Shown here one piece after another: positions 36,016 through 49,814 of a DNA stretch of 64,000 nt (position 1 is its first letter; each line of letters begins with the position of its first letter). Position numbers and translations under genes: made by a program. The notes under the pieces were generated by a model. That model saw only the letters and a program-made list of their open reading frames with translations, was not told the DNA's origin and made no database searches. This DNA comes from Mobula birostris (taxonomy: Eukaryota): NCBI RefSeq assembly GCF_030028105.1, contig NC_092371.1, positions 150,918,490 to 150,982,489 of the forward strand. The letters are read 5' to 3'.

Positions 36016-39000
36016 TGTAATGCCCTGGTTAAGATTTCTACCTGCTATGCAGAAGGTATTTGATTTCAGCTGTTTTCTGCAAAAGCATGGTGTCCTGCTG
36101 GTAGAATGTTTTGGTTTTGGCTAGAGATAAGACGCTATATTTTTCAACTTAGGAATGTTGTGTCTTCGACTCAGGATAGTGGGATTGGGAGACAGTTCCA
36201 GAGAGAGTGGAATGGAGAGAGTTTTGTGATGGACAGTAGTCTGGTTTGGGATCTTTTGTCAGGAGCTGCAGAGCAGGACAGAAGGGAAGATGCCTCAGAA
36301 TGCTATTGGAAAGAGAGTCCCCATTACACAAAGTGCTTTGTACAGATTAATGGCTCCAATGGCCAATACTCCTGAGGGAGGGCAAGGTTGTTCAAGATCA
36401 AATTTGAGGGAAGTTTGGAATGTGGCGTATTGTGTCACAATGACCATGGATCCAGCGCATAAGTAAAAGATGACTCCAGTATGAGCTCCAGTGGTTATTG
36501 AGCACATTGGACTGGCTTATCTGCAATGAGCCCTTTTATTTATTTTCTTTTTTTCTTTCCTATTAATTATCTGATAAAACTTATAAATATACTTTATAAT
36601 GCTGTATGCCATCTGTTATTCCTTGCTGACTGACAACTGTGTATGGGCAGCATTTACACAGCATTCACTCAAATCTGGGAGCATGACAATGTTCCTTTTT
36701 GGTTGAACCCCAGATCACACCAACCCTAGATGTATATTGCCTCTGAACAGTGGCATCCTCACTACTGCATCACGGGGCTGTTAACCGAGTTAGCTATTGA
36801 GCCAAAGTGGCATCTGAGACCAGTGAGGGGGTTACATTTATGGTGGCTTCATGTGGTGAATGCGGCTTGAATGCTATTTTAGGATTGACCAAGCTTGAGT
36901 TTAAACTAGTGTTGGTGAAAGTGATTAAGGTACTTTATTATGGACGCTGCAGGGATTAAGGGTTGGTGCGATTCAAAGAGATTATCCACAAATAATGCTT
37001 GTGCTCTGAGTGGGGTGGATATCTGAAGTCCCGATGAACTTGTTACTCAGAGTGCTGAGTTCTGTAAAAGTCTTAGATAAGGTTACACTGATTGAATAAC
37101 ATTTCGGCCAATCAGCCGGCAAGGGTGTTGAGTTAGTCCAGACTAGCAGTGATGTGACTGAAGTCATGCTGCCCTAAACATTAGGAGATGCTGGAGAAGT
37201 GGGGTCATAGGCAGTCCATATTTTTAGAGAAGCGGGGGAGGTAGCTGAAGGCAAAGACTTTAAGGGCAAGCTGATCTTGTTTCTGCAAAGTGAGGGAAAA
37301 AGAGTTGTCTGATGTGAAAGGTCTAATGGGTCCTTCAGTGGTTGATTAAATTCTGAGCAGATTTTGGCTATTACATCACTGGTTGATAAATGCTGAAGTT
37401 ATTGCAGGCTGGGAATGTTCTCTGAAGTCAAGGCCACACCCAATGAGGAAGAAGAATATGAGCCTTAGTCGGAGCAGACATCTTAGTTACTGGATATGCG
37501 GCAGTTCTCAGGTAATATGAAAACAAACAGACTGTTCAAGAGTTCAACAGGTTTGGTGGTTGATATAATGATGTTCCTAAAGGCAGAAAACCCATTAGCC
37601 ACATTAACAAATTACCTGGAAGCTCCGGAAGATGCTTTTGGCACTGCTGAAAGCACCAACAGTTTTAGGATGAAGTTTAGGCACACATTACAGGAGGGAG
37701 GAGAGATGATGCCTGCCTATGTTTTCAGACTGGAGAAACTGCTGCATAGTTTGTGCCACAGAGGGGGCATTCAACTGGCTGAGAGAAATTGCTTGAAGAT
37801 GGCGCAGTTTGTGAAGGGTGCACTGTCACATGACATGATTGCTCTATGGATTCAACTGACCTGCAAGATGCACCCTCCTCCATATTTTTACTGAGACATT
37901 AGAGAGGAGGAAAACAAGATTGAAAACCGGGACATTTCCAAAAGCTGAATAGTGTCTTCAGTGGTAGCCTCTGCTGCTAAAATGACCCTTAATGCCACAG
38001 AGATTGAGCTTTTGAGGAATGAGTTGGAAAACGTTCTAGCTGAGCTGATTTGATGGATGCCTGCTAATATTTCAGCTAAACATGATGGATCCATTGGGAA
38101 ACCTGACTCACCTGTATGACTTACAACACAGCGAACTGCTGCTGGAAAGGGTTTCTCGACAGGAGTGTTGACCAGTATTTTCTATTACAACTGTGAAGAT
38201 GGACATTTCAAGCGAGACTGTGAGGGGCAGGAAAATCTTTGAAGAGTATGTCAGCAGTTAATTAAACAGAGAAGAAAAGGGGCAAAACTATGGAGGGGCT
38301 CAGTAAAGGAACAGGATGATGCCTCAGAGAGGATACATTCCAATCACTGTATCAAGGGAAATACTAAAGTGCAAAACACTATTCCTGAAGGTCTAGTGGG
38401 ACCAAACCCTAATGAATCTGTACAATCTGAAGGTATTTCTGCTAGAGTCATACTTGACACAGTTACTTTACTCTACAGATCATTTTACAACTGGTACTTG
38501 ATGCTTTTATCATTTATGCCACTCAGTGCACTTGAAATTTGGGAGCTTAGTACTGATGAGTATCAGTACATCAGTTACTTGTCGTGAAACTGGAGTTTTT
38601 GGAAGCAGATAGATGTTGGAGTAACTGGGACTATTGACACCCTAGTGTTAGTCTGCCTGGATTCTTTTGAAAAGGGTGACACTTCCATTCTTGTGGGAAC
38701 AAATACTTCCAGTGTGAGAAGGCTCAAGAAAACATGCAAGAAGAGGATTGGAGAAAACTTTTTGAAAACTTTGCCCACTCACCCTGTGTTCAGAGCTACT
38801 TTTGAGAAGGTGCAAGTTCCTCTGACGCAGGTTGATGAGCAGAAACAAGAAACCTGTCATGTTACATCCTGGAGGAGTAGCTGAGTGATGGGGATCCCCA
38901 AATTTGCTAGATGCCCAATGCCTCGGCCAGCCAAGTGGATGCACCTCATGATCAGGAAGAAGAGTCACACTTACCTGCAGGAAATCTGGTGAGACCTGAA

Positions 39001-39340
39001 CTGTAGATATCTTCAGCTGTCTACACAAATAGGATGACAGTAATTGTCAGGATGACCTCAGACATGTGATGCTGATTGCCCCTCAGTTTACTGTAATGGT
39101 AATGTCTAGTTTTCTGGGGGAACTGGAAGAGAAACAATCTCCTGGATCAAGGAAGCTGACCTCAAACTCATTCAGTTTTGGTGACTTACCAATACACAAG
39201 GAATGAAAAAGGAGATTAACTGAGAAGATGTTGGAACGTGAAGATGTCTTTTCTACTGATGAGTAGATGTTGCTTACTCCAAGAGTACTTGCCATACTAT
39301 TAAAGTGATTGAGCCTACCTCTTTTTGAGAGAGAACTTGC
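36016..39340 (+). mobile_element. Decayed, 3'-truncated Ty3/Gypsy element with PNMA-like gag
   Basis: LTR 36016-36836 (TGTAAT...GTTACA). Gag from about 36940 (MDAAGIKGWC; FGTAES..FRHTLQEGGEMMPAYVFRLEKLL), Cys/His knuckle remnant near 38180, and protease GLVGP..VILDT. Confidence 0.8.
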
Positions 39341-39419
39341 CTGTAGGCACCTGTTATTTTTACCTTTTATTCTGATTCTATACCTTTTATTTTTGAGAGT
39401 ACAAGCCTTGTACTCTCAA

Positions 39420-40030
39420 AAATTTAGTTTTTGAAGACTTCCCACTTTCCAATACACCTTTGACAGAAATCAGCCTGACCCAATCCACACTTGTCAGATC
39501 ATTTCTGATACCATCGAACTTGGCCCTTCTCCAGTTTAGAATCTCAACCCACGGACCAGACCTATCTTTTTACATACTTATTTTGAAACTAATGGCATTG
39601 TGGCCATTGGATGCATAACGTTCCCCTAACTTCTGTCATCTGCCCTGTCTTATTGCCTAATAGCAGATCCGGTATCATCTGTTCTCTCACTGGGACTTCT
39701 GTGTACTGATGAATGAAACTTTCCTGAACACACTTGACAAACTCAATCCCATCTAGTCATTTTATGGTATGGGATTCCCAGTCAATATGTGGAAAGTTAA
39801 AATCATTTATGTACTATAACAACTTTATGTTTTTTGCAACAGACTGTGATCTCTCTACAAATTTGTTCCTGTAGATCCCTAGAACTGTTGACTGGTCTGT
39901 AATATAGGCCCATTAATGTGGTCATATATTTCTTATTTCTCAGTCCCACCCATAATACCTCACTAGTCATGTTTTCCAGTGTGTTGTGATGCAGCACTGC
40001 TGTGACGTGACTAGTAATGCCATCCCTCCA
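39420..40030 (-). mobile_element. Old CR1 endonuclease-region fragment
   Basis: SEVLWVGLRNKKYMTTLMGLYYRP..LQEQICREI..KVVIV. Confidence 0.75.
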
Positions 40031-41929
40031 GGTTGTTTTGTTTAACGTAAGTGACACATATCACTGTATGTTTCAATGTACATGCTATTTATAAATAAAT
40101 CTGAATCTGAATCCTGTTCTTGTCATCAACCTCCATTACTGTGGAGTTTATGTGATAATGGCCTTTGAAGTGGGAGATAAGGCTGCATTCTGTTAGCTGG
40201 CAACAAATCTATAAACTGGTAGAATAATCCACCAGACTTGTTCTGGCATTTTACAGTGTATTTCAGACCAGGAATTAGTAACTGCTGTGATCTATTTTGA
40301 TGAACACATTCACATTTATGTGAAGGGAAGTTTAATCCTTTCAGTGTGTATTAAATTTAATTGTGCAATTTGTTGAGTTTGTCTGCTTTGTTTAGCCCTG
40401 ACGCTGGCTTACCAACAATTCTCCAGCAAGGGAAAGCAGGAAGGAAGAAAAAAAAGTGGTTGCACACAGCTGAACAGCACATAGCAGAGTCTGCCTCTCT
40501 TTTGTAGAGTCATGGAGCTGTACAGCATGGAAATAGGCCCAGTTTTCCATGCTGTCCAAAATGCGTAACCAAGCTAGTCCCAGTCACTGCCATTCAGTCC
40601 ATACCCTTTTAAAGCTTCGGAAAAAGCTTTCCCAACAATGGAAAGTGGTTATTGTACCTGCAAAGTTACATTATTTATAGATTATGTATTATTAATCAGT
40701 TATTGAGGCAATGGTTGAACTATGTTCTGTAAAGGCCTTTTAGCCATTCAGTTCAATGGAAGCTTGGAAGTGAGAATAAATGCTGGCTTTGCCAATGAAG
40801 TCGGTGTCATTTGAATGAATAATTAAGACATATTATAAACAATAACACACCAAACCTCTCTACGACATCGAACACTAGCCATATCTGAACAGGAGCAACA
40901 ATAGTTGATACTTTCTCATTTGTTAAACAATGTATTTGCCCTGGTTGCATAGTAATTATACAATCTGTTCCATCTTTTCTTAACCAGACTGTGTTAACCT
41001 GCATTGGTTCTGATAAAACAAGAATATCAGTATGATGCTGTATTGTATGTAGTGGGCATTTTTAGTTTGGCCAGATGCACATTGTTTTGCAGAACCCCTG
41101 CATATCATCAGGCCTCTGCATCTTTAACAGAAATGAGTTCTTGTCCTTCTGCTTTTCCTCTGTCACTCAGCAACAGTCTGTCAAATACTCCACTTACTGA
41201 GAAGAGGTAAAAAGGAATCTGCCTTTGGCTATCGGCACTGACTCACTGCCTTAAAATGGAATTGCTCCTCCAACTCAAATTATGTTCTACTTGCACTGTG
41301 CACAGTGTTTATGCATTATTTGCAGTTTTAGCTCCTGCCATCATACTACGCTCACCCTCTCATCAAAACCATATTCTTTCAAGGTTCCATTCCCCAAATG
41401 TCTGGCTCACAGATTGGAGTGAGTAACTGAACTCCTCTTTCCCACTTGCACTGTCTTCTGATGTCCACTCATAGTAGGAGGTCTTCTGTGCCCTGCTTTT
41501 ATCTTCTGATGCCTGAACTAAACTTATATTCTGATGTATTGGGGAAACTGCAGCAACAAACTGAATAAGGATGCTTAATCTCTCAGATACAACATCATTC
41601 AAACTTTGCAGAATTAGTTGTACTGTCCTGTCCGTGGAGCTGGTGAGCCAAGTGAACCATTTATTGACCTAAAGTGTTAGGTTTCTCTTATACATGTGCT
41701 ATAGAGTATGACATTACTCATTTGGACTTTAACAGTCAGGGAAGCTCACCTGTTCTTTAGAGCAGCTGCCCAGCAAGAGCTCAAGTCATGGTGCATACAA
41801 TTTTGCACTAATTAACCTTGTAATGTGGTGCTTTAAACTTATAGCATCTCCAGCAATTAGATTGTACTCTATTGTACAGATAATAAACTACAAAAATTAG
41901 TAGTGTTACTGATAGTGACAGGAGATATC

Positions 41930-42760
41930 TCTGACAACAGAATGATATTGATGAGTTGGTAAGTTAGGCAGGGCAATGGGAGATGGAATTTAATCCTGAA
42001 AATTGTGAGGTGATATACCTTAGGAGGACCAATAAGTCTAGGGGATCAGCATTCTAGTACTGTGTCTGGAGTTTGATTGTTCTTCCTGTGATGACACAAG
42101 TTTCTTTGGTGTGCTCAGCTACCCCCTACATTCCAATGATGTCTGGGTTGGTGTATTATTTGACCACTAAATTACCCCTTGTATAGTGACTGGTGGAATT
42201 ATAATGTATGTGTAGCTAATAAGTACTGAAGTGCAAGGAGATTTTGGATGTAGATGCGCAAGAATCCTTGAAAGTAGTTATGGTATGTAAAAATGCAGAA
42301 GGAATTGCTGCCTTCATTAACTAATTCATGGAATGGGAACATGACAGCTACAGTATATAAACATTAGTAAGACCATGTCTAATATACTGTGTGTCATTCT
42401 GGTTGGCACACGGCAAGAGGAATGAGACTGCATTGGAAAGAGGGCAATAGAGATTTACCAGGATGTTGCCTGGAATAGGAGTTTCAGTAATGAGAATGGT
42501 TAGGTAGTCTGGGTTTGTCCTTCTTGCATTGGAGGCCAAGTGTAGACCTGGTTGAGCTATACAGAATTATAAAGAGCATAGATAGGAGAAACAAAGGTAT
42601 TCCTACAACAATCAGGAAATACTCAGATAAGCAATTGAATCTCCAATGCAAAGATGTCTTCAGGCCAAGCACTGGAAAGTGAGATTTGGTATAGAAAAGA
42701 TCTTGATGGCTGCCACAAACTTTGTTGGATTGAAGGGCCTAGCCATTACTTTATGACTTG
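41930..42760 (+). mobile_element. Highly decayed CR1 fragment with an embedded V-SINE piece
   Basis: atggaatttaatcctgaaaattgtgaggtg and agatttaccaggatgttgcctgga match CR1 RT 3' sequence. The SINE piece at about 42050-42220 resembles 42790-42960. Confidence 0.6.
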
Positions 42761-43037
42761 TAGCTCTAGCGTTCTGCGCTCAATCCTGACCTCTAGCACT
42801 GTCTGTCTGGAGTTTACTTGTTCTTCCTGTGACTACTTAGATTTCCACCGAGTGTTCAGTTACCTCCTATATTCTAAAGATATATGGGTTGGTGGAGTAT
42901 TTGACTACTAAATTTCACCCAGTATAGTGACTGATAGAATTATAATGGATGTGGAGAGAATAGTTTGCAGGGAGACAAGAGTGGCTGCAGAATCTGAAAC
43001 AAGAACCAAACTGTTGGAAGAATTCAGCAGCTCAAGT

Positions 43038-44448
43038 TGTCACAATGGGGTACTGAGAACAGACACAAATGCAAGACACAGACACTGAAGTACAAGGAAC
43101 AGGACTTGACTAGAGTAGGGACGTGACAGGATTCAGTCCAGTAGCAGGGACAAGAATGCAGAATTGAGCTAGAGGAAGTGGGGCCAGGACTAAAAACCAT
43201 GGACTAGGAGACAAGGCTTCGACTCCGAGCCAGAGACCAGACAAGGACCCAGAACCTTGGACTTGCCTCGGCCTCAGACCCCAGAACCAGGCAAGGACAT
43301 GACATGGCTTCAGGACAGGACGTGGCTGGGGTCTAGTGGCCTGACTTGGAGACAGGCTGAGATCTTTGCTCTTCAGGTTTGAGGCTGGGGTCTGGGTTCT
43401 TGGAGCTCGGCCACGGGATCCTCGAGGCTCCGGTTCTTGGAGCTCGGCCACGGGATCCTCGAGGCTCCGGTTCTTGGAGCTCGGCCACGGGATCCTCGAG
43501 GCTCCGGTTCTTGGAGCTCGGCCACGGGATCCTCGAGGCTCCGGTTCTTGGAGCTCGGCCACGGGATCCTCGAGGCTCCGGTTCTTGGAGCTCGGCCACG
43601 GGATCCTCGAGGCTCCGGTTCTTGGAGCTCGGCTGCCAGCTGGGGTCTGGGATCCTGAGCTTGCGGAGGCTATTAACTCAGAGGCTGGAACTTGGAGACA
43701 GAATGGGAATTGTACATTAACATAGAGCCAGGACTTATCCTTCAAAAAGCCAGGACTCAACATTAACATGACACCAACATGAGACAGGACAGTACATAGA
43801 CATAGAGCCAGGACTTATACTAGACAAGTCAGGACTCAACCTCTCCACACCAAGGTGGGACAAGTCCACCTGTTGGGTAACAACAGAACAGCCAGACTTA
43901 CCCAACAGAGGCAAAGACAAGACATGTCCCCCCACAGGGCAACAACAAAACAGCCTGACTTACCCTACAGAGGCAAGGACAAGAAGAGCCAAACACCAAA
44001 GAATGACAGACAGTTCCATCTCTGCTCCAGGGAAGCTCCAAGTCTCAGTTCAGCCAGCAACCTCAGCTGGCTACAGAAACAGCCAGATCCCTACCTAGCT
44101 TGGAGTGGTTAGCAGCCACTCAGCTGGCCCAGGAAACAGCCAAATCCATACCACAAGCTCCAACTACCAACAGCAAGGCTCCATGAAGCAATGGTACTCC
44201 AACACAGCCAAAAGATGGCAAGTGGTCACACTCGCCTTCCACCAGCAGGTTACTCCCAGGTGATCTTGACAAGACAAACCAGCAGCCCAGACTGAACCCC
44301 AAGGCTACTTAAATTCCAAGCCCAAAGATGGGAATCAGGTGCCAATGATTAACTCAACCAAATGAGGGACAGCTGGAAGAACCGGAGTCATGAGTCCACA
44401 GACCGGACCGTGAACCGGAATGCGGACTTCACAGACCGGACCATGACA
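43038..44448. mobile_element. 1.4-kb solo LTR-like element
   Basis: TGTCA...TGACA termini and near-TSD caagt/caagc. It interrupts a Penelope-derived tail (about 42980-43037 and 44449-44800). Confidence 0.8.
43395..43633. repeat. Perfect 37-bp minisatellite, 6 copies plus 17 bp
   Basis: Unit ggttcttggagctcggccacgggatcctcgaggctcc starts at 43395, 43432, 43469, 43506, 43543, 43580 and 43617 (partial). Confidence 0.97.
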
Positions 44449-44800
44449 CAAGCAGCATCTGTGGAGCAAAAGGATAACAGACATTTCAGTGGAGAGCCTG
44501 TATCAGGACTGAGAGCGCAGGGGGGGAGATAGCCAGTAAAAAGAGGTTAGAGAGACGGGGGGAGATAGCCAGTAAAAAGAGGTTAGAGGGACGGGTGAGA
44601 CAGAGATTAGCATGTGATAGGTGGAACCAGATGAGAACAAAAGGTGATCGGCATGTGGGGGAGGAGAGAGCTTGAGTGGGGAGATGATGGTTGGTGGTAA
44701 TAGGTAGAGACAGAAAAGGGAAGAGAAGGAACAGATGGTGTCTGCTGTGGGGAGGGGAGGGGAGAATGGAAAGAGAGAGAGAGACTAGAAGGTAATGTGG
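44449..44800 (-). mobile_element. Penelope-derived 3' tail with degenerate hammerhead motif
   Basis: On minus: pyrimidine tract, then cagtc-CTGATAC-aggctctccact-GAAA-tgtc (44478-44511), then cacagatgctgc as at 20291. Confidence 0.6.
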
Positions 44801-47800
44801 AAACAAAAGCTACAGATGTGGAATCTAGCAAGAAGGGTGATAATAATTTAAAGGGAAGTTTAATGTGAGAGTGTAAAAATGTAACAATACAGATACACCA
44901 TCTATAATATACACAGTCCAATATCCCCTGCCCTAATGGACCTGCCAAGAAACTTGCTATCCCAGAGATCTTAGAGCAACCAATATCTCTGAGTGTCTCT
45001 GAAGAGGTGGTTGAGTTAACAATGAAAATCATTACATTGTGCAGCAGTTGCCTTGGGGGTATGAAACTGCAAAAAAGGGAAAGTATTGTTGCTTGCCTTG
45101 ATCCTGGTAATAGTCATAGTCACAGTTGTAGTCATACTTTTTTGATCCCAGGGGAAATTGGTTTTCATTACAGTTGCACCATAAATAATAAATAGTAATA
45201 AAACCATAAATAGTTAAATAGTAATATGTAAATTATGCCATTAATTGACATCTGGAACTTCCATCTGTGAAGAGTGTAAAAACGCTCTTTAACACTTTAA
45301 CATTAAACATGCAATTCCTTGCCAATGGTGTGCATGCTCATCACATAGCAACAGTACTCATTTATGAAACAATAGAATTATTATAGCTAACCTTGCATTG
45401 GCCACTGGGATCAAAGGTAAAGCCCAACCATATTAAAGAAATGTTTATTTCAATCTTAATTACTAATTTGTAGTATTTAATGATTTAAAAACTTGAAAAA
45501 GGGATATTCTCGCATAATAAGTCTAAAGCAGGAAAAACATACGACACTCATTCACAAAAAAAAATCTTTTGAGCATCCGCTTGTCACAACCAGAGGTCGT
45601 TTTAAAAAAAATTTTTTTTCATTTAGTGTGTGGATTGTTTTTTAACGGTGTAACTTACTGGGTATCTAATGTTCCTTGGATCGCTTACTTTTATGTCTAA
45701 TTGTTTGTCCGTGTACTAGCTCTGGGTTTTCGCTTTGTGTTGCAGGTGTCTCATCTGGTGTCATGTGGATTGTTAAGCTCTCTTTGCATTCATCATTTTT
45801 ATTCAGTTTGGGGTAATTGAATTGCACGGGACTTGCAATGTCTTACACTGCTTCATCTGGACACCAGGGCTTTCTGATTGGTCCTGATTTCCTACATGCT
45901 CCAGGACATGCTTAGGGGGTTGCCAACCCTTCTTTGCTTGGTTGTCTGGTAAAACTCTGACTGAGTTCTCCTGTGTATCATGAGTGATTTCAGTTCTTCA
46001 AGTCTCTGTATAATTTCCTTGATTTCCTGTTAGTTTTGTTGGTTAATTTCTGTATTAAATCTTTCATTTTGTTTGAATTGCCAAAGTCACTGTGATTACT
46101 GCACTTGAGTTCACCACTGACCCTGACACCTCTAGGGCCATAATTTCTTACAAGCACTTTGTAGTTAGTGATCTCACTAGAAAGGTTCCAAACTCGTATA
46201 AAAATGATTTCACTGAAATTCTGAATTTGCCAGAAAGTTGAACTCATTGGGAGAAACTTTAAAACTATTAATCAAGAACAAAGACCACAGTGTATTCAAA
46301 CCTGAAACTCAAAACTGAAATGCTGCTAACACTCAGAAGCATCTAAAAAAAGGTAATTTTTCAGTTTAGTGACCTTTTATCAGAGCAATATTGATGCAAA
46401 TTCAATACTGAAAACCCTGGTTTCAAAATCCATTGTGTTTTGCTTTGGATCTATGGATCCATGTATGGCACATGTATTTAATTATTTAAAGATACAGAGC
46501 CAACAGACCATTCTGGTCAACCGATCTGCACCACCCAGCAACCCACCTATTTGATTGTAGCCTAATCACAGTGCCATATTAACCTACTAATCAGTACATC
46601 TTAGGGCACCTGGAGGAAACCCACACTCATGGGAAGGATATACAGACACCTTCCAGGCGGCGTTGGTATTGAACTCTAAAATTTGATGGCCCAAGTTGTT
46701 ATATCGTCGCGCTAACCACTACACTTCTGTGGTGCCCACCATACATGTTACAGTTTTAATTATTTTGTAGAATATAAACCAATAAAAGTTGTAAGTTTAT
46801 CACTAAACCACTGATGTCACCCAGAGCCTTAGCCTGAAGCAGAAGAGATGATCTTGGAAGGCAGATTACAACAGATAAAATTAAATATTGTGAGGTAGTC
46901 AGAGAAATACTCTTCAAATTCAAATTAAATTGGATTGGAGCATACCATAAAACTCTAAGAAATCTCAATTTTATTTTTACGATAATGGCACATAATGTTT
47001 TACATTTAGTGTCAACCTGCCTTACAGCTTCATTTATAACTAGGAAATATTAAAGCTATCAGATTGATGTAGCTGCAGAACACCATCCAGCACTGGATTG
47101 CTTGTTTGTTCAATTCTACTTTTAGAGCCAAAGACACACAATTGGAAAAAAAAAGTCAGATTGGTTATATTAATGAAGGGCATCAAAAATGTTTTTAAAG
47201 GTAAAACAGTTTTAAGGTATACAGCAGAAAATATTAACCCATAAACTGTTAAGTAAGGTGCTTAAATTCATTGATTCTTTCTGCACACTTCTGTTTTGAT
47301 TAAAGTGAGAGTGAGATTAAAGGAAGTGATGGATACTAGCTGGGTAAACAGAGGGAATCACAAGGTGCCCAGCTCTTTGGAAGAGGCAGGGTCTCCTTAT
47401 GTGGACAGGTGAGGTAGTTACTGATCACCATTTCATCAGAATGTTTCTAGTGACCTCATACCTGATAGAAATGAAGATGAAATTTAATGGAATAGAAAGT
47501 TTGTTGTTTACAGGTTTCAGAAGGCTTGATCTGACAGCTTTTACAATGTCCTTGTAATGATGGTACAGAATATTCACTTGTGGTAGCTCATTCACCTACT
47601 GGCTATATGCCTCTCTCCCCCACAGAACTCACACACTGCATTAAAGCTGAGCTCACCAGTGCACATACGCCAGGCAAAATTGCCTTTCCACGAAGTGGAT
47701 TAATGTCCAAAAACAAAATAATTGTTGATATTAGGAATCTGAGATAAAACAGAAAAAAACTCTGTAAGTTAGGCAACATTCAGTTCTGTATCAGCTCTCC

Positions 47801-48614
47801 ATTCTTCTCGCACTCTGACTTTGGCCTCTAGGAAAGTCCAAAGTGAGATTGAAGCTATCTATAACTTGTCATACTTGAGACATTTTCAGACTTAGCACTG
47901 AGCTCAGCATTTCAGGATAGTCAGATAATTCCCTTTGTATTCCAGTATTCATAGACTTCTCTCCACCTTTTTTCCAGTACTTCACAGATTTGTTGCACTT
48001 GTCTATTTACTCCTCCTGCAGAACTCATCCCGTTATTCACTTGCATCCTTCCCCCACCCTCTCTCACTCAGTATGACTGCTTTTCTCTCACATCATTTCT
48101 CCACCCTCCATCTTATCATAGTTCTTCCCTTTTACTCTTGCCTCTTTCCTTTTTTTTCTCTACAAATTCTTTCAGCTCTAATGAAGGGCAGGTCCTACTG
48201 ACCTCATGGCATTTTGTTGTGCCTGATATCACCCAGATCTCACTGATGCAGCTCTTCCATGATGTTCATGGTAGTGGAGGCAACTTTCCACTGATCAGTG
48301 TCACTTAGAAACAGCTGATGTTTGAAGTAAAATAATAAGTTAATTTGAATCATTCAACTTAGGAAAAAGTTTATGTAATATTAATTAAGTGTATAAAAGT
48401 CAACTTTGTTTATGCTTTTCATGCAGGTACATAAAATTCCCTTCAAAGATATGGGGCTATGATAGATATGCTTCAGCATGGCTGACAAGAAGTAGAGGGG
48501 CCAAGTGTGAAGTGCATATAATCCCTCAGTTCAGTACCTTACAGGGTGTGCTGACTGTTACAAGAGGTCTGATTTGCTTCATCTGATCTCCAGCATATTC
48601 CATACTTCGTTGTA

Positions 48615-49015
48615 ATACACAGATGCAAATGCCTAACAGAGAGTTTGATCAAGGTTGTGAAGGGTCTCATGAAGAAAGTGCAATATGGGCGAGAGGATTT
48701 CCATAAAAGTCTGATGATTTACAGAAGTGTGCCTCTGCAAAATGGCCTTTCACCAGCCCAGATGCTGATAGGTCAATACATACACACTAATTTTTCAGTT
48801 CACGAAAACTTGTTGACACCTAAGGAGCACACAAGGTCAATTTGGCTAAAGTAAAAGGGAAAGAGAAACAGTATCATGGCTAGACTGTGAAAAGTCCATC
48901 AGTCCTGAAACCTGGAGATCATTTCCAAATCCAAGATCACGATTCTGGCACATGGTCCATGTAAGGATATGTGCAAGAGGAAGTTGCTCCACATTCCTTC
49001 CAGATCCAGACAGAT
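48615..49015 (+). mobile_element. Gypsy integrase C-terminal fragment
   Basis: VVKGLMKK..DFHKSLMIYRSVPLQNGLSPAQMLIG. Confidence 0.7.
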
Positions 49016-49458
49016 TCTAATTCTATTTATAACTAGAGTGCCTAAGACTTTTCCACACTATTGTAGTAATTTTATGTATTGCACTGTACTGCCGATACAA
49101 ATAAATCACATTTCATGATATACTGTATGTGAGTTATGATAAACTTGATTCTGATATGGGTCTCTATTGTGGATTGAGAGTAGGGAGGGGAATCAAGTTT
49201 GGGAAAAGGGGAAGGGAGAGGGGAAGAAGTGGGAAGCACTAGAGAGACTTTTTGTAATGATCAGTAAACCAACAGTTTGGAATCAAATGACTTTGCCTGG
49301 TGTCTTAGGGCTGGATGTATCTGCATCTGCGCCATCGCCCACCCCAGCACACATTCTCTGCCACCTGTCCTGGAGCCCTCCCAGTGCTCCACCTTCACCA
49401 TTCTCAACATCCTTTGCTCCTGCCTGATTTACATCCTCACTCTCCATGTTGACAAATA

Positions 49459-49525
49459 CAGTACTGTGCAAAAGTCTTGGGCACCTTAGCTACATATATG
49501 TGGGAAAGACTTTTGCACAGTGTTG
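49459..49525. mobile_element. Minimal Tc1-type MITE (TIRs only)
   Basis: TA-cagtactgtgcaaaagtctt...aagacttttgcacagtgttg-TA. A related single TIR lies near 49040-49065. Confidence 0.65.
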
Positions 49526-49814
49526 TATGGAGTTTGCACGTTCTTCCTGTGACAGCATTAATTTCCTCTGAGTGTTCTGATTTCCACTCACAGCCCAAAG
49601 ATGACTGGGTTGGTTGATTAACTGGCCACTTAAAACTGACCTGAATATGTAGGTAATTAGTAAAATCTCGAGGGAGCTGATGATAATGTCGGGGGAGTAA
49701 GGAAAGAGAAAGGGAACCTTACAGAGGTGAATAAAATCATGAGGGACACAGATAAAGTATTGTTCTTAGGGAAAGGGAATCAAAAACTAGTGGTTCAAGG
49801 TGAGGGGCAAAAAA

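Noticed and set aside
37496-37894. Domesticated PNMA-family gene
   Set aside because: The surrounding gag has many stops and frameshifts and is attached to an LTR and protease remnant.
43395-43633. CRISPR-like array (37-bp repeats)
   Set aside because: The units are head-to-tail with no spacers, there are no cas genes, and the context is a eukaryotic LTR.
43110-43769. 219-aa and overlapping repetitive ORFs
   Set aside because: They arise from a stop-free 37-bp tandem repeat that is open in all frames.
44520-44593. 36-bp tandem duplication
   Set aside because: An ordinary local duplication within a decayed repeat tail.
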